Part shown: piece by piece, positions 21,259-30,371 of the stretch
How the letters are laid out: each line of letters opens with the position of its first letter
Numbering within the stretch: position 1 is the first letter of the stretch
From: Clostridia bacterium
GTDB taxonomy: Bacteria > Bacillota > Clostridia > Christensenellales > CAG-138
Direction: 5' to 3'
DNA length: 64,000 nucleotides
Assembly (NCBI GenBank): GCA_017509785.1
Contig: JAFWOT010000025.1
Location: 60,394-124,393, forward strand
Notes under the pieces: generated by a model
The model's input: only the letters and a program-made list of their open reading frames with translations
Database searches by the model: none
What the model was told of the DNA's origin: nothing
Made by a program: the position numbers and the translations under genes

Positions 21259-21654
21259 ATGGAAAAAACGACCGGCAGCGGAATAATGGTATGCGTAACG
21301 GGGCAGCGCTCATGCGAGAGGCTCATACTTCACGGGGTGAAGCGCATCGAAGCCTGCGGCGAAGACCGTCCGCCCCTCTATATCGTGCATTGCGTGCTCA
21401 ACGGGCAGAAGTTCATGAACTCGCCCGATGAGGCCGACGCGATAGATTACCTTTTCACCTGCGCCCAGTACGCGGGCGCGGAGCTGACCATACTGCGGAC
21501 GGACAACGTGCAGGAGACCCTTGCGGAATTCGCGCATGAGCACGGCGTGGGGGTCATAATACTCGGCGCGCCCGGCGAACAGGGCGAGCATAACGGCAAA
21601 TTCGCCAGAAGCCTGCAGGAGCTTCTGCCCGAAATAGAATTCGATATCAGATAA
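21259..21654 (+). CDS. Universal-stress-protein-like (KdpD Usp-type) domain protein
   Basis: ATG after GGAAGGAGG. IMVCVTGQRSCERLI...LYIVHCV...GVIILG pattern of the adenine-nucleotide alpha-hydrolase fold. Confidence 0.5.
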   Translation: MEKTTGSGIMVCVTGQRSCERLILHGVKRIEACGEDRPPLYIVHCVLNGQKFMNSPDEADAIDYLFTCAQYAGAELTILRTDNVQETLAEFAHEHGVGVIILGAPGEQGEHNGKFARSLQELLPEIEFDIR

Positions 21655-21669
21655 CGGAAGGAGAACTCT

Positions 21670-21981
21670 ATGGAAGAACTGTTCGACAAGGCGGCGGCCG
21701 TCGCCAGGATAAGGGAAAACTTTGAAAACGAGGGAGATTTCTCCTTCATGAAGGAGGGCGAGCTCGAGGGAGTCATAGCGAGATTCGTCGATATCGACCA
21801 CGATTATATGGCGAAGCTCGGCGACGAGCCATATGACGAGGACGAAGTCTACGCGATGCTCGAAAAAGCCGCGAACGAGATGCTGCCCGATTATAAGATG
21901 TACGTGATGCGCCTCTGCGACGATTATATGGACTTCATGGAGCAGTACATGGTCGACGAGGGGCTCGTCGAGTGGGAATGA
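21670..21981 (+). CDS. Small acidic hypothetical protein
   Basis: ATG after GGAAGGAG. 103 aa, rich in Asp/Glu. Followed by a strong terminator. Confidence 0.5.
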   Translation: MEELFDKAAAVARIRENFENEGDFSFMKEGELEGVIARFVDIDHDYMAKLGDEPYDEDEVYAMLEKAANEMLPDYKMYVMRLCDDYMDFMEQYMVDEGLVEWE

Positions 21982-22054
21982 GGGAGCATATCCCGCAGGA
22001 CGAACGGTCGGCGCATCGCCATGAGGGCCGAACGCTCCGATAATGAAAACAGGA

Positions 22055-22093
22055 CCCCGTGCCGGATCGCTCCGGCACGGGGCTTTTTATTTC
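22055..22093 (+). terminator. Intrinsic terminator
   Basis: CCCCGTGCCGGA-tcgc-TCCGGCACGGGG followed by CTTTTTATTT. Confidence 0.8.
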
Positions 22094-22115
22094 GATGCGA
22101 TGCGCCGCCGCTCTG

Positions 22116-22916
22116 TCAGAGCGCGGCTTTTGCGAGAAGCTCACGGTAGATGCGGAGATCCTCATCCTTGAACACGTTGAAGACGACTTTCATCCGGGAA
22201 CCGGATGAGCGCCTGTATCCCATCACGGCGTCGACCGCGACGCGGGCGGCCTCCCTCTGCGGGAAGCCGAAGACCCCCGTGGATATGCAGCAGAAGGCGA
22301 TGCTTTCACAGCCGTTTTCCTCCGCGAGCTTCAGGCAGGAATCGTAGCTGGAGGCGAGAAGTTCGCTGTGCTCCTTCGTCAGCCTGCCATCGACTATGGG
22401 GCCGACGGTGTGGATCACGAATTTCGAGGGGAGGCAGAACGCGGGGGTGATCTTGGCGGAGCCCGTCGGCTCGTCATGCCCCTGCGCCTTCATCAGCTCA
22501 AAGCAGGCCTCGCGGAGCCTCAGCCCCGCAAAGGTGTGGATGCAGTTGTCTATGCAGTTGTGGAGCGGGCGGAAGCACCCGAGCATCTGAGAATTGGCGG
22601 CGTTGACTATCGCGTCCGCGTCAAGGCGGGTGATATCCCCCTGCCAAAGATACAAGCCATCCCCCGCGGGGGTAAGCCCGCCGACTCGCACGACTCCCCT
22701 TTCGGCAAGGCGTTCCTTCAGATACGCCTCCTCCGTTTCGACGTATTCCGGGGACAGCGGAGCGGGCATGCGCACGTTCATGAGGGCGCGCAGAAGCTCG
22801 CGCCTTCCGTTCGTATCATTGGGGACGCGTATCCCCTCCCCCTCCGGCCTCTCGGCAAGGAGGGCGTTTATCAGCCACAGCAGCCTTTCGTTTTGATCCA
22901 TATGCTTTCCTTTCAC
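22116..22916 (-). CDS. Macro-domain protein (ADP-ribose / O-acetyl-ADP-ribose hydrolase type) with N-terminal extension
   Basis: LWQGDITRLDADAIVNAANSQMLGC...IHTVGP...CCISTGVFGFP macro-domain motifs. Its start overlaps the stop of the upstream gene by 4 nt. Confidence 0.85.
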   Translation of the reverse strand: MKGKHMDQNERLLWLINALLAERPEGEGIRVPNDTNGRRELLRALMNVRMPAPLSPEYVETEEAYLKERLAERGVVRVGGLTPAGDGLYLWQGDITRLDADAIVNAANSQMLGCFRPLHNCIDNCIHTFAGLRLREACFELMKAQGHDEPTGSAKITPAFCLPSKFVIHTVGPIVDGRLTKEHSELLASSYDSCLKLAEENGCESIAFCCISTGVFGFPQREAARVAVDAVMGYRRSSGSRMKVVFNVFKDEDLRIYRELLAKAAL

Positions 22917-24685
22917 GCGGCGAGGCCGAGTACGCCCCTCAATACGGCGAGCGCGTCGCTAGCCGTGACGTTTCCGTCGCCGTCGATATCCGAAGCGGCC
23001 ATGAGCTCGTCGGGCAGAGTCTCTAGCCCAAGCACCGCCCTCAGCAGCTTCAGTGCGTCGTTCGCCGTAAGCGTCCCGTCGCCGTCAACGTCGCCGGGCA
23101 GCGGCTCCGGCGGCTGGACGGGAGTCGGCGTGGGCTCGTCCGTTTCGGTGGGCTCCGGCGTGGGCTCGTCAGTTTCGGTGGGCTCCGGCGTGGGAGTCGG
23201 AGCGGGCGTGGGCTCGTCGGACTGCGTGGGCTCCGGCGTGGGAGTCGGAGCGGGCGTTGCCGTAGGAGTCGGAGCGGGCGTTGCCGTCGGCGCAGGAGTG
23301 GGAGTCGGGGTCGGAGTCGGCGTGGGAGTCGGAGTCGGCGCAGGAGTGGGCGTCGGATCGAGCTCCGCGAGCGCGGCTATTATCGCGGCTCTTGTGAGCG
23401 GGCCGCAGATGCCGTCGACCTCAAGGCCGTGATCGGTCTGGAAGGCCTTCACCGCGGCGTATGTTTTGGGGCCGAATTTGCCGTCGATATCGAGGGGATA
23501 TCCGAGCTTTGTAAGGGCCGCCTGCAGCCACTTTACGTCGTCGCCCTCGCAGCCCTGCTTCAGCGTGCGGGTCGGGATCGGATAGTTGGAGGGATCCGTC
23601 GGATCTTCGGGCTCCTCCGTGGGCGTCGGAGAGGCCGTGGGCGCAGGAGTCGGAGTCGGAGCGGGCGTTGGAGTGGCAGTGGGCGTGGGAGTCGGAGTCG
23701 AGCCGACGGGGTTCGGATGCGCGTCGAGTACGGTTTGGATGTACGCCGCAGTCGTCAGCGTGCACTTGCCGTTGACGGTGAGGCCGTGATCGCTCTGGAA
23801 GCGGCGCAGGGCGGTCTCGGTGTTGCTGCCGAAAACTCCGTCAATGCTGAGCGGGTAGCCAAGCCAGTTGAGCGCCGCCTGCAGCCAGCTCACGCCGTCG
23901 TCCGTGGAGCCGTTCGAGAGGGTGACCTTCGGCTTTATGTGATTGATCGGGTTATAATAATCGTACGTGACTATTCCGCTGACGGAGACCGGATAGCTGA
24001 CGGAGCCGGAATCGTTCGTGTAATTCGGCGAAGCGGCGCCCTTTATTATCGGATCGTTTATATCGAAGCCGCGAAGCTCGACGTTGGCGTGTACGGTGTT
24101 CCCCTCCAGCACGTAGACGACGCCGTCCTTCGTCCTGTAGACTATGCCGACGTGGTTCCACTCGCCCTCCTGATTGGGCCAATCGAAGAATATGAGGTCG
24201 CCCGCCTTCGGCGTGTACGCGGGGAGGGACTTCAGCGTGAGGCCGTTGAACGAATATGCGTTGGAGGCTATGCGCGCATAGCAGGCGTTGCTGATGACGG
24301 ATTTGGGTATCCCCGCCTGACGGGCGCACCAGGAAACGAACATAGCGCACCACGGGCCCCAGTGCCCGGAGGAGTTGCCGAGTATCTCCGTGCCGTACCA
24401 CCAGCAGTATTCGGTGTAATTGTATTCGCCCGACTGGTTCCCGCCGCCGAGATCTGAAGCGGAATTCCCCTCGTGATAGCCGAGCTGTGAAACGGCGACG
24501 TTGATAATATCCTGCCTCGGGTTGCCGGTGAGGCTGACGTTCCTGACCTGAGTATAGTATTTGCTCGACCTGTATGCCGATGAGGCCGTATACGTAAGCG
24601 TGAGAGCCGCTGTCGGCAGAGCCGCAGCAAGCATCACTATCGCCGCTGCGAGAGAGACGAGCCTTATCAGTGTTTTTCTGTTCAT
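22913..24685 (-). CDS. Secreted CHAP-domain amidase/peptidase with two PG_binding_1 domains, PT linkers and a C-terminal dockerin
   Basis: ATG at 24685 after GGAGG, with a signal peptide. CHAP motifs (WCAMFVSWCARQAG; GDLIFFDW...NHVGIV). Two LGYPL(S/D)IDG(V/K)FG...FQ PG-binding repeats. The dockerin is a duplicated DVDGDGTLTANDA / DIDGDGNVTASDA. Confidence 0.85.
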   Translation of the reverse strand: MNRKTLIRLVSLAAAIVMLAAALPTAALTLTYTASSAYRSSKYYTQVRNVSLTGNPRQDIINVAVSQLGYHEGNSASDLGGGNQSGEYNYTEYCWWYGTEILGNSSGHWGPWCAMFVSWCARQAGIPKSVISNACYARIASNAYSFNGLTLKSLPAYTPKAGDLIFFDWPNQEGEWNHVGIVYRTKDGVVYVLEGNTVHANVELRGFDINDPIIKGAASPNYTNDSGSVSYPVSVSGIVTYDYYNPINHIKPKVTLSNGSTDDGVSWLQAALNWLGYPLSIDGVFGSNTETALRRFQSDHGLTVNGKCTLTTAAYIQTVLDAHPNPVGSTPTPTPTATPTPAPTPTPAPTASPTPTEEPEDPTDPSNYPIPTRTLKQGCEGDDVKWLQAALTKLGYPLDIDGKFGPKTYAAVKAFQTDHGLEVDGICGPLTRAAIIAALAELDPTPTPAPTPTPTPTPTPTPTPAPTATPAPTPTATPAPTPTPEPTQSDEPTPAPTPTPEPTETDEPTPEPTETDEPTPTPVQPPEPLPGDVDGDGTLTANDALKLLRAVLGLETLPDELMAASDIDGDGNVTASDALAVLRGVLGLAA

Positions 24686-24827
24686 CGGGAGAGGACCTCC
24701 GTTCGGTTCTTTTACCCGATTATAGCACGATTTCCCATGAAATTGAAGTCTTCCGCCAAAATATAACAATTTGTTCATATTTATCTGATTTCAAAGATCA
24801 GTTCTCGATGTGTTTTAAATTATTTTG

Positions 24828-24856
24828 TTGACTTGTCGCGGACCCCGTGTTATAAT
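24828..24856 (+). promoter_or_regulatory. Sigma-A type promoter upstream of the GT4 gene
   Basis: TTGACT (24828-24833), 17-nt spacer, TATAAT (24851-24856). This leaves a leader of about 170 nt. Confidence 0.5.
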
Positions 24857-25031
24857 GTCGAATGGTGGAGAAGCGCACCCGCGTCCCACCGTGCAGACGA
24901 TATACGGGAGCAGCCGTTCTTTTGTCGGGACACAGCGTTTTATACGGCATTTTTTATTATCCATACAGAGTTCCGAACAAAAAACACAGGCTCCTTATTC
25001 CCGTTTGCAAAAAACAGAGAAAGGAGTTCTT

Positions 25032-26177
25032 ATGACGCTCACAGTTATCTGCGACGTTCTCGGAAAGGAGAACAACGGCACGACGATAGCCGCAATGAAC
25101 CTCATCCGCTCCATGCGCGAAAAGGGGCATACGGTGCGTGTCGTCTGCCCGGACGAGGATCGCCGCGGCCGGAAGGATTACTACGTCGTTCCGACGCTGG
25201 GCCTCGGCCCGATCAACGGGTATCTCGCGAAGAACGGTGTGATACTCGCAAAGCCGGACAAGGCGATCCTGAAGGAGGCTCTCGACGGGGCGGACGCCGT
25301 CCACCTCTTCACGCCGTTCCTGCTCTCGATGAAGGCGGCGAAGCTCGCGGCGGGCATGGGGCTGCCGCTGACGGCGGGGTTCCACTGCCAGGCGGAGAAT
25401 TTCACCAACCACATATTCATGATGAATTCCCATGCCGTGAACAAGCTCGTTTACAGGGTGTTCGACAGGCAGGTCTACCGCTACGTCGACTGTATCCACT
25501 ACCCCACTCAGTTCATATGCAGCGTGTACGAATCGGAGATAAAGCGCAAGACCCCGCACAAGGTCATCTCGAACGGGGTGAACAAGCGCTTCCGCCCCGG
25601 GCGCAGTGAAAAGCCCGATGAGCTGAAGGACAAGTTCGTGATACTTTTCACCGGCCGTTACAGCAAGGAAAAATCCCACAGGGTGCTCATCGACGCGGCG
25701 GCGCTTTCCCGTCATTCGGACGAGATACAGCTCATCTTCGCCGGGTGCGGCCCGCAGGAGGAAAAGCTCAAAAAGCGCGCGGCGAAGCTGAAAAACCCGC
25801 CGATATTCCGCTTTTTCACGAGGGACGAGCTCGTCGGGGTGATAAACTATTCCGACCTCTACGTCCACCCCGCGGAGGTGGAGATCGAGGCGATAGCCTG
25901 CCTTGAGGCCATCTCGTGCGGGCTGGTGCCCGTCATATCCGACTCGCCCCGCTCGGCGACGAGATACTTCGCGAGGGATAGGATGAACCTCTTCAGGTGC
26001 AACGATCCCACCGACCTCGCGGAGAAGATCGATTGGTGGATAGAGCACCCGAAGGAGCGCGAGGAGACGAGCAGGAGCTACTGCGGGTTCGCCCGCAGAT
26101 TCGATTTCGATCACTGCATGGACGAGATGGAGCGGATGATCGTCGCAAACGCGGAGGCCGTCAATGAAGCGCGGTGA
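25032..26177 (+). CDS. Glycosyltransferase family 4 (GT-B)
   Basis: ATG at 25032 after AAGGAG. N-terminus MTLTVICDVLGKENNGTT and the E-x7-E region EIEAIACLEAISCGLVPV. Confidence 0.85.
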   Translation: MTLTVICDVLGKENNGTTIAAMNLIRSMREKGHTVRVVCPDEDRRGRKDYYVVPTLGLGPINGYLAKNGVILAKPDKAILKEALDGADAVHLFTPFLLSMKAAKLAAGMGLPLTAGFHCQAENFTNHIFMMNSHAVNKLVYRVFDRQVYRYVDCIHYPTQFICSVYESEIKRKTPHKVISNGVNKRFRPGRSEKPDELKDKFVILFTGRYSKEKSHRVLIDAAALSRHSDEIQLIFAGCGPQEEKLKKRAAKLKNPPIFRFFTRDELVGVINYSDLYVHPAEVEIEAIACLEAISCGLVPVISDSPRSATRYFARDRMNLFRCNDPTDLAEKIDWWIEHPKEREETSRSYCGFARRFDFDHCMDEMERMIVANAEAVNEAR

Positions 26178-26976
26178 AGTTATCGAATACCGCGACGAGC
26201 GGAACGACGATTTCGCTGGGACGGGCATAAGCGCCGTTGAAGTCAAAAAGGAGTTCCCCTTCTGCCCGAAGGGGCTCCTGTTCAGGATAGGCGAATTCAT
26301 CGCTTATTACCTCATCGCGATACCCGTCGTCGCGTTCATATGGTTCGCGGTCACCGGCTTTACGATAGAGGGGCGCGGGCACGTGCGCGCCCTGCGGCGC
26401 GAGCTGAAAAAGAGCGGGCGCGGGTTCTTCGTCTACGCGAACCACACCCATTGGCTCGACGCGTTCCTCGGGCCGCTCGTATGCTTCCCGAAGAAGGCGC
26501 ACGTCATAGTTTCGCCGGACACGGTCTCGATAAAAGGGCTGCGGGTCATAGTGCAGCTGCTCGGGGCGATACCCCTCCCCACGGAGAGGGCGGCGATGCC
26601 CGGGTTCGTCGGGGCGGTCGAACGCCGCATAAACGAGGGGCGCGCCGTCACCATATTTCCCGAGGCGCATATCTGGCCGTTCTGCACCTTCGTGCGGGAT
26701 TTCAAGGCGGGCTCCTTCCGCTACCCCGTGAAGCTCGGCGCGCCCGCCGTCTGCGTCTGCGTGACGTACACGAAGAGGCGTTGGTACGAGCTGTTCAGAA
26801 AGACCCCGCGAAGAAGGGTGTTCGTGAGCCCCGCCATGTATCCCGACGCCTCCCTTCCCGACCCCGCCGCCAAGCAGAAGCTGCGCGACGAGGCCTTTGA
26901 GTGGCTCTCCGGAACGGCCGCAAGGTACAGCCGGGAGGAATTCGTCCGCTATGTGAAAGCGGGCTCCGAAGAATAA
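26164..26976 (+). CDS. Lysophospholipid (1-acylglycerol-3-phosphate-type) acyltransferase
   Basis: H-x4-D box ANHTHWLDAF and the FPEAHIWP motif. Overlaps the GT4 gene by 14 nt. Confidence 0.8.
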   Translation: MKRGEVIEYRDERNDDFAGTGISAVEVKKEFPFCPKGLLFRIGEFIAYYLIAIPVVAFIWFAVTGFTIEGRGHVRALRRELKKSGRGFFVYANHTHWLDAFLGPLVCFPKKAHVIVSPDTVSIKGLRVIVQLLGAIPLPTERAAMPGFVGAVERRINEGRAVTIFPEAHIWPFCTFVRDFKAGSFRYPVKLGAPAVCVCVTYTKRRWYELFRKTPRRRVFVSPAMYPDASLPDPAAKQKLRDEAFEWLSGTAARYSREEFVRYVKAGSEE

Positions 26977-27069
26977 CAGATATCAAAAGGAGGGAGCCTC
27001 CCCCCGAAAGGGAAAGGAGCCCTCCTTTCGTTTTATATCGCCCAAAACCGTTGACATCGCGGGAAAAAT

Positions 27070-27094
27070 ATGATATTTTATCCATGATATTTTC
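27070..27094 (+). promoter_or_regulatory. Direct repeat ATGATATTTT x2 upstream of the ArsR-family gene (possible operator)
   Basis: ATGATATTTT at 27070-27079 and 27085-27094, just downstream of TTGACA. Confidence 0.3.
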
Positions 27095-27111
27095 GGAAGG
27101 AATTCGATCCC

Positions 27112-28245
27112 ATGACAGATCAGCAGTATGCGTCCGGTTATATCTATCCGGTCGACGAGGCCATCGCCTATTTCACGAACAGGCTCGAAAGGACCACCCT
27201 TTCGGATTACGCCGTCAAGACCGCGCAGAAGCACCCCGCGATCGGCGACCGCATAAGGCTGATACTGGAGCCGACGGTAGAGCTTGAGCGGAGGATCAAC
27301 GCCGCCGTGCCATCTCTCGACAGGGACTGCGAATTCTTTTTCAGCCTCGATAATTCCGTAAACGGCGAGAAAAAGCCTCTGACAAACGCCGCGTGGCTGC
27401 TCATGGGGGCGCGCGCGTGCTTCGGCGAGGAGCCCGCCGATATCGACGGGATGCTTGCTTCGCGGCTTGCCCTTTCGAAGGAGGACAGGGACAGGCTCTT
27501 TTTGAGCTACCTCTTCGATCTTGAGGAGAAGACCGTCCGTGAAACGGGCGTTCCCGCCGGAGTCGGGCTGCTCGAACTGATCGCCGGGAGCGGCATAAAC
27601 TCGCTGACGAGGATCAAGCTCACCGAGCTCTATCTCCATTTTGACGAGCATCTCTTCCGCCTCGCGGAGATACTGCGCCCCGCCGCCGACGCCATCGCGG
27701 GAGCGGCCGGGCTTTATACCGGCGCCCTTTTGAAGCTGAGGCGTCTGCTCGGAGCCGACGGCGGCGTGAGGGAATATCTCGCCTCCATGCACGGGTTCGA
27801 TATCGGCGAAGTCAGCTCCGTTTTCCCGAGGTTCAGTCTGATGGCTCCGCAGACCGTGATGATCCGCGAGGGGCTGTTCGACGGGATGGACGTTTACGTC
27901 GGCGTCTGCGTGGAGGAGCTTGCCGCCCTTGCCGCGCCGGGCACCGAGAGCGAGCGCATGGTTTCCGTGTTCAAGCTCCTTTCCGACGAAACGCGGCTCC
28001 GCATGCTCAGAGCCGTCGTGATGAAGCCGATGTACGGGCTCGAGCTCGCGGAGACCTTCTCCGTCACCGCTCCGACCGTCTCATACCACATGACGAAGCT
28101 CGTTATGAGCGGCCTCGTCGACAGCTATTTTGAGGACGGCAAGGGTTACTTCCGCGCGAACAGGCAGGCGCTTACGGCATTCAGCCGGAGTATCGGCAGC
28201 TTCTTCGGCCTCGCGGAGGAGCGCGGGGAGGAGAGCGGAGAATAA
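27112..28245 (+). CDS. ArsR-family HTH regulator with a long N-terminal domain
   Basis: C-terminal LSDETRLRMLRAVVMKPMYGLELAETFSVTAPTVSYHMTKLVMSGLV winged HTH. The roughly 280-aa N-terminus is of unknown function. Confidence 0.75.
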   Translation: MTDQQYASGYIYPVDEAIAYFTNRLERTTLSDYAVKTAQKHPAIGDRIRLILEPTVELERRINAAVPSLDRDCEFFFSLDNSVNGEKKPLTNAAWLLMGARACFGEEPADIDGMLASRLALSKEDRDRLFLSYLFDLEEKTVRETGVPAGVGLLELIAGSGINSLTRIKLTELYLHFDEHLFRLAEILRPAADAIAGAAGLYTGALLKLRRLLGADGGVREYLASMHGFDIGEVSSVFPRFSLMAPQTVMIREGLFDGMDVYVGVCVEELAALAAPGTESERMVSVFKLLSDETRLRMLRAVVMKPMYGLELAETFSVTAPTVSYHMTKLVMSGLVDSYFEDGKGYFRANRQALTAFSRSIGSFFGLAEERGEESGE

Positions 28246-28263
28246 CGGTGATTCTCTCATCGG

Positions 28264-28290
28264 GCCGGGCGCGATCCCGGCTCTTTTTTC
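28264..28290 (+). terminator. Intrinsic terminator after the ArsR-family gene
   Basis: GCCGGG-cgcgat-CCCGGC followed by TCTTTTTTC. Confidence 0.5.
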
Positions 28291-28318
28291 GCCCCATAAA
28301 ATATATTATCAGTACCCG

Positions 28319-28367
28319 TTGACAAATATCGTTTAACGATATAACATGTATGTATCGTTAAACGATA
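28319..28367 (+). promoter_or_regulatory. Promoter with two palindromic operators (likely PadR sites)
   Basis: TTGACA (28319-28324), 17-nt spacer, TAACAT. Palindrome ATATCGTTTAACGATAT (28326-28342) sits in the spacer. A second copy, TATCGTTAAACGATA (28353-28367), sits downstream. Confidence 0.55.
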
Positions 28368-28391
28368 TTACTTTTCGGAAGGAGGCGCGCC

Positions 28392-28718
28392 ATGCCGAGG
28401 GAAGCTTTGAGCTCGCTTACGGAGCCTATGTACTACGTGCTGCTGGCGCTCGTGCGCCCGCTCTGCGGGATCGAGATAATGGAGCGCGTGAAGGAGCTTT
28501 CACGCGGGCGGCTCGCCATCGGCCCGGGCACGCTCTACACGATGCTCGCAAAGTTCGAGGAAAACGGCCTGATCGCTCTCGCTATGGGACCGGGCTCCTC
28601 GGGAAAACGCAAGACCTACATCATAACCCGTCGGGGCGTCGGGTTCCTAAAGCAGGAATACGAGAGGCTCGAAAGACAGGCCGAGGACGGAAGAGCGATA
28701 ATGGAGGAATTGGTATGA
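28392..28718 (+). CDS. PadR family transcriptional regulator
   Basis: YYVLLALVRPLCGIEIMERVKELSRGRLAIGPGTLYTMLAKFEENGLI. Confidence 0.9.
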   Translation: MPREALSSLTEPMYYVLLALVRPLCGIEIMERVKELSRGRLAIGPGTLYTMLAKFEENGLIALAMGPGSSGKRKTYIITRRGVGFLKQEYERLERQAEDGRAIMEELV

Positions 28719-29407
28719 GCAAGGATACCGTTAAGCGCGTCACGCTTTTCGATTCCACCGATCTCACCGCGGCGGAGGAGTATTTCTCACAAATGGCGCA
28801 GAAGGGCCTGATGCTGAAAAAATACGGCCCTATCTCGCATTTTAGGCGCTCCGAGCCGTGTAAGCTCCGGTTCAGCGTGCAGGTGATCCCGGCGGCGAGG
28901 GGCGAAAACTACGTTAAAAAGACCTCGGAGTACGTCGACCTCTGCGAACAGGCCGGCTGGACCTGCGTTTCGGGCGCCGCCGGTATGTACGTTTTTGCGA
29001 CCGACCGCAGGGACGTGCCGGACGTCGTGACAGATCCGCAGGAGCGCATCGAAGCCGTGACAAAGCAGAGCATAGGCGGGATAATCGCTTCGTTTCTGCT
29101 CTCGCTGTGGCTGTCGATAAAGGTCGTCGGGCTGGTATCGAACCTTATTGAGGGAAAGAGCTTCGCTTCACAGATGGCGTATGAGCTGCCGTATTCGCTG
29201 CTCTGGCTCTCCGTTTTCCTGCTCTTTATAACAAAGACCGTCTCGTTCCTGAAATGGCGGAGGAACGCCAAACGCGACTCCGCCGCAGGACGCGCCATCC
29301 GCTTTTACGGTCTTCGCGCTTCCCGCCGGAGGCGGATCCTGCTCGCGGTATTCTTCTGCCTGCTGGCAGTCAGCCTGGGCGCTTTCATTATAGGTCTGTT
29401 CATCTAA
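28715..29407 (+). CDS. DUF2812-like membrane protein (PadR-associated)
   Basis: ATGA overlap with padR. N-terminus ...DLTAAEEYFSQMAQKGLMLKKYG, with C-terminal TM helices. Confidence 0.7.
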   Translation: MSKDTVKRVTLFDSTDLTAAEEYFSQMAQKGLMLKKYGPISHFRRSEPCKLRFSVQVIPAARGENYVKKTSEYVDLCEQAGWTCVSGAAGMYVFATDRRDVPDVVTDPQERIEAVTKQSIGGIIASFLLSLWLSIKVVGLVSNLIEGKSFASQMAYELPYSLLWLSVFLLFITKTVSFLKWRRNAKRDSAAGRAIRFYGLRASRRRRILLAVFFCLLAVSLGAFIIGLFI

Positions 29408-29416
29408 GGAGGGTAT

Positions 29417-30322
29417 ATGAGCAAGGACGTCAAGAAAGAATTTTTACCGTTCTATTATTCCGATCTCGATGCGGTCGCGCGGCACCTCGAGATGATGGCG
29501 GCGAAGGGGTGGATGCTGAAAAGCTTTGGCAACACCTGTGAATACGAGCCGTGCGAGCCCCTTATCGCGCGGTTCAACGTGGTGCTCTGCCCCGCCAAGG
29601 ACGCGGACTCCTCCCAAATAAAGCCCGAAGCAAGGGAATTCATCGAGCTCTGCGAGGACTCCGGATGGAAGTTCATAGACCATCGGGGGCCGGCATACGC
29701 GTTCTTTACCACCGACGAAACCATCCCCAACATCGTCACCGACGAAGCCGAGCGCATAGAGGCCGTCAGAAAGGCGGGCGGCAGGAGCAGGTTCCTGTAC
29801 ATGGCCAATATCGGGATCAACACGGCGCAGTTCCTGCTTCGCCTTATGAACGCGCTGACGGAAAAGGATCCTGTCTCCCGCGGGCTTTCGATCGCGCTCA
29901 CGGCGTTCTTCGGGCTCGGCGTGATACTGCTCACGGTCGGGCTCATCACGTTGCTGACGAGCGAGAAACGCTGGGTCGATTCGGCGAACGCGGCGATAAG
30001 CGCCGGCAAGCCGATACCGCGGTCGGACGACGTGGTGCTGCGCCGCAGGAAGGCGTATTCGGTCACGTTCATCATTGCGATCGCTGCGGCGACGGCATTG
30101 CTGATCGCGTATGCAATGCGTACGATGAGCCCCGAGGGGCGCTCGTTCCTCGCCGCGATGCTGATCGCGGCGATACCCCTTGCCTTTATTCCGAGGCTGT
30201 TCGGAAAAAAGCGCAGCCCCGCCGCAAAGACGTTCATAATAATAGGGCTCGTATTGGGGTATTTGCTGCTGACCTTCATACTGCTTCTCATAATTAGCGC
30301 GGTATTCGGCGTGTTTCAGTAG
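29417..30322 (+). CDS. DUF2812-like membrane protein, second paralogue
   Basis: YYSDLDAVARHLEMMAAKGWMLKSFG parallels the previous gene. Four or more C-terminal TM helices. Confidence 0.7.
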   Translation: MSKDVKKEFLPFYYSDLDAVARHLEMMAAKGWMLKSFGNTCEYEPCEPLIARFNVVLCPAKDADSSQIKPEAREFIELCEDSGWKFIDHRGPAYAFFTTDETIPNIVTDEAERIEAVRKAGGRSRFLYMANIGINTAQFLLRLMNALTEKDPVSRGLSIALTAFFGLGVILLTVGLITLLTSEKRWVDSANAAISAGKPIPRSDDVVLRRRKAYSVTFIIAIAAATALLIAYAMRTMSPEGRSFLAAMLIAAIPLAFIPRLFGKKRSPAAKTFIIIGLVLGYLLLTFILLLIISAVFGVFQ

Positions 30323-30371
30323 GCTTTTTCCTCCCCCGCCCATTGCGCAAACGGCGCGTTATGATTCGTTT

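Noticed and set aside
23090-23340. Short tandem GTGGGAGTCGGAGCGGGCG-type repeats that look like a repeat array. Similar repeats occur at 2580-2760 and 23620-23700.
   Set aside because: They are in frame within the CHAP-dockerin and CapA genes and encode Pro/Thr-rich interdomain linkers. There is no spacer/repeat regularity of CRISPR type.
26983-27792. 269-aa minus-strand ORF opposite the ArsR-family gene.
   Set aside because: It is a shadow frame of a gene with a clear C-terminal ArsR HTH, and it has no motifs of its own.
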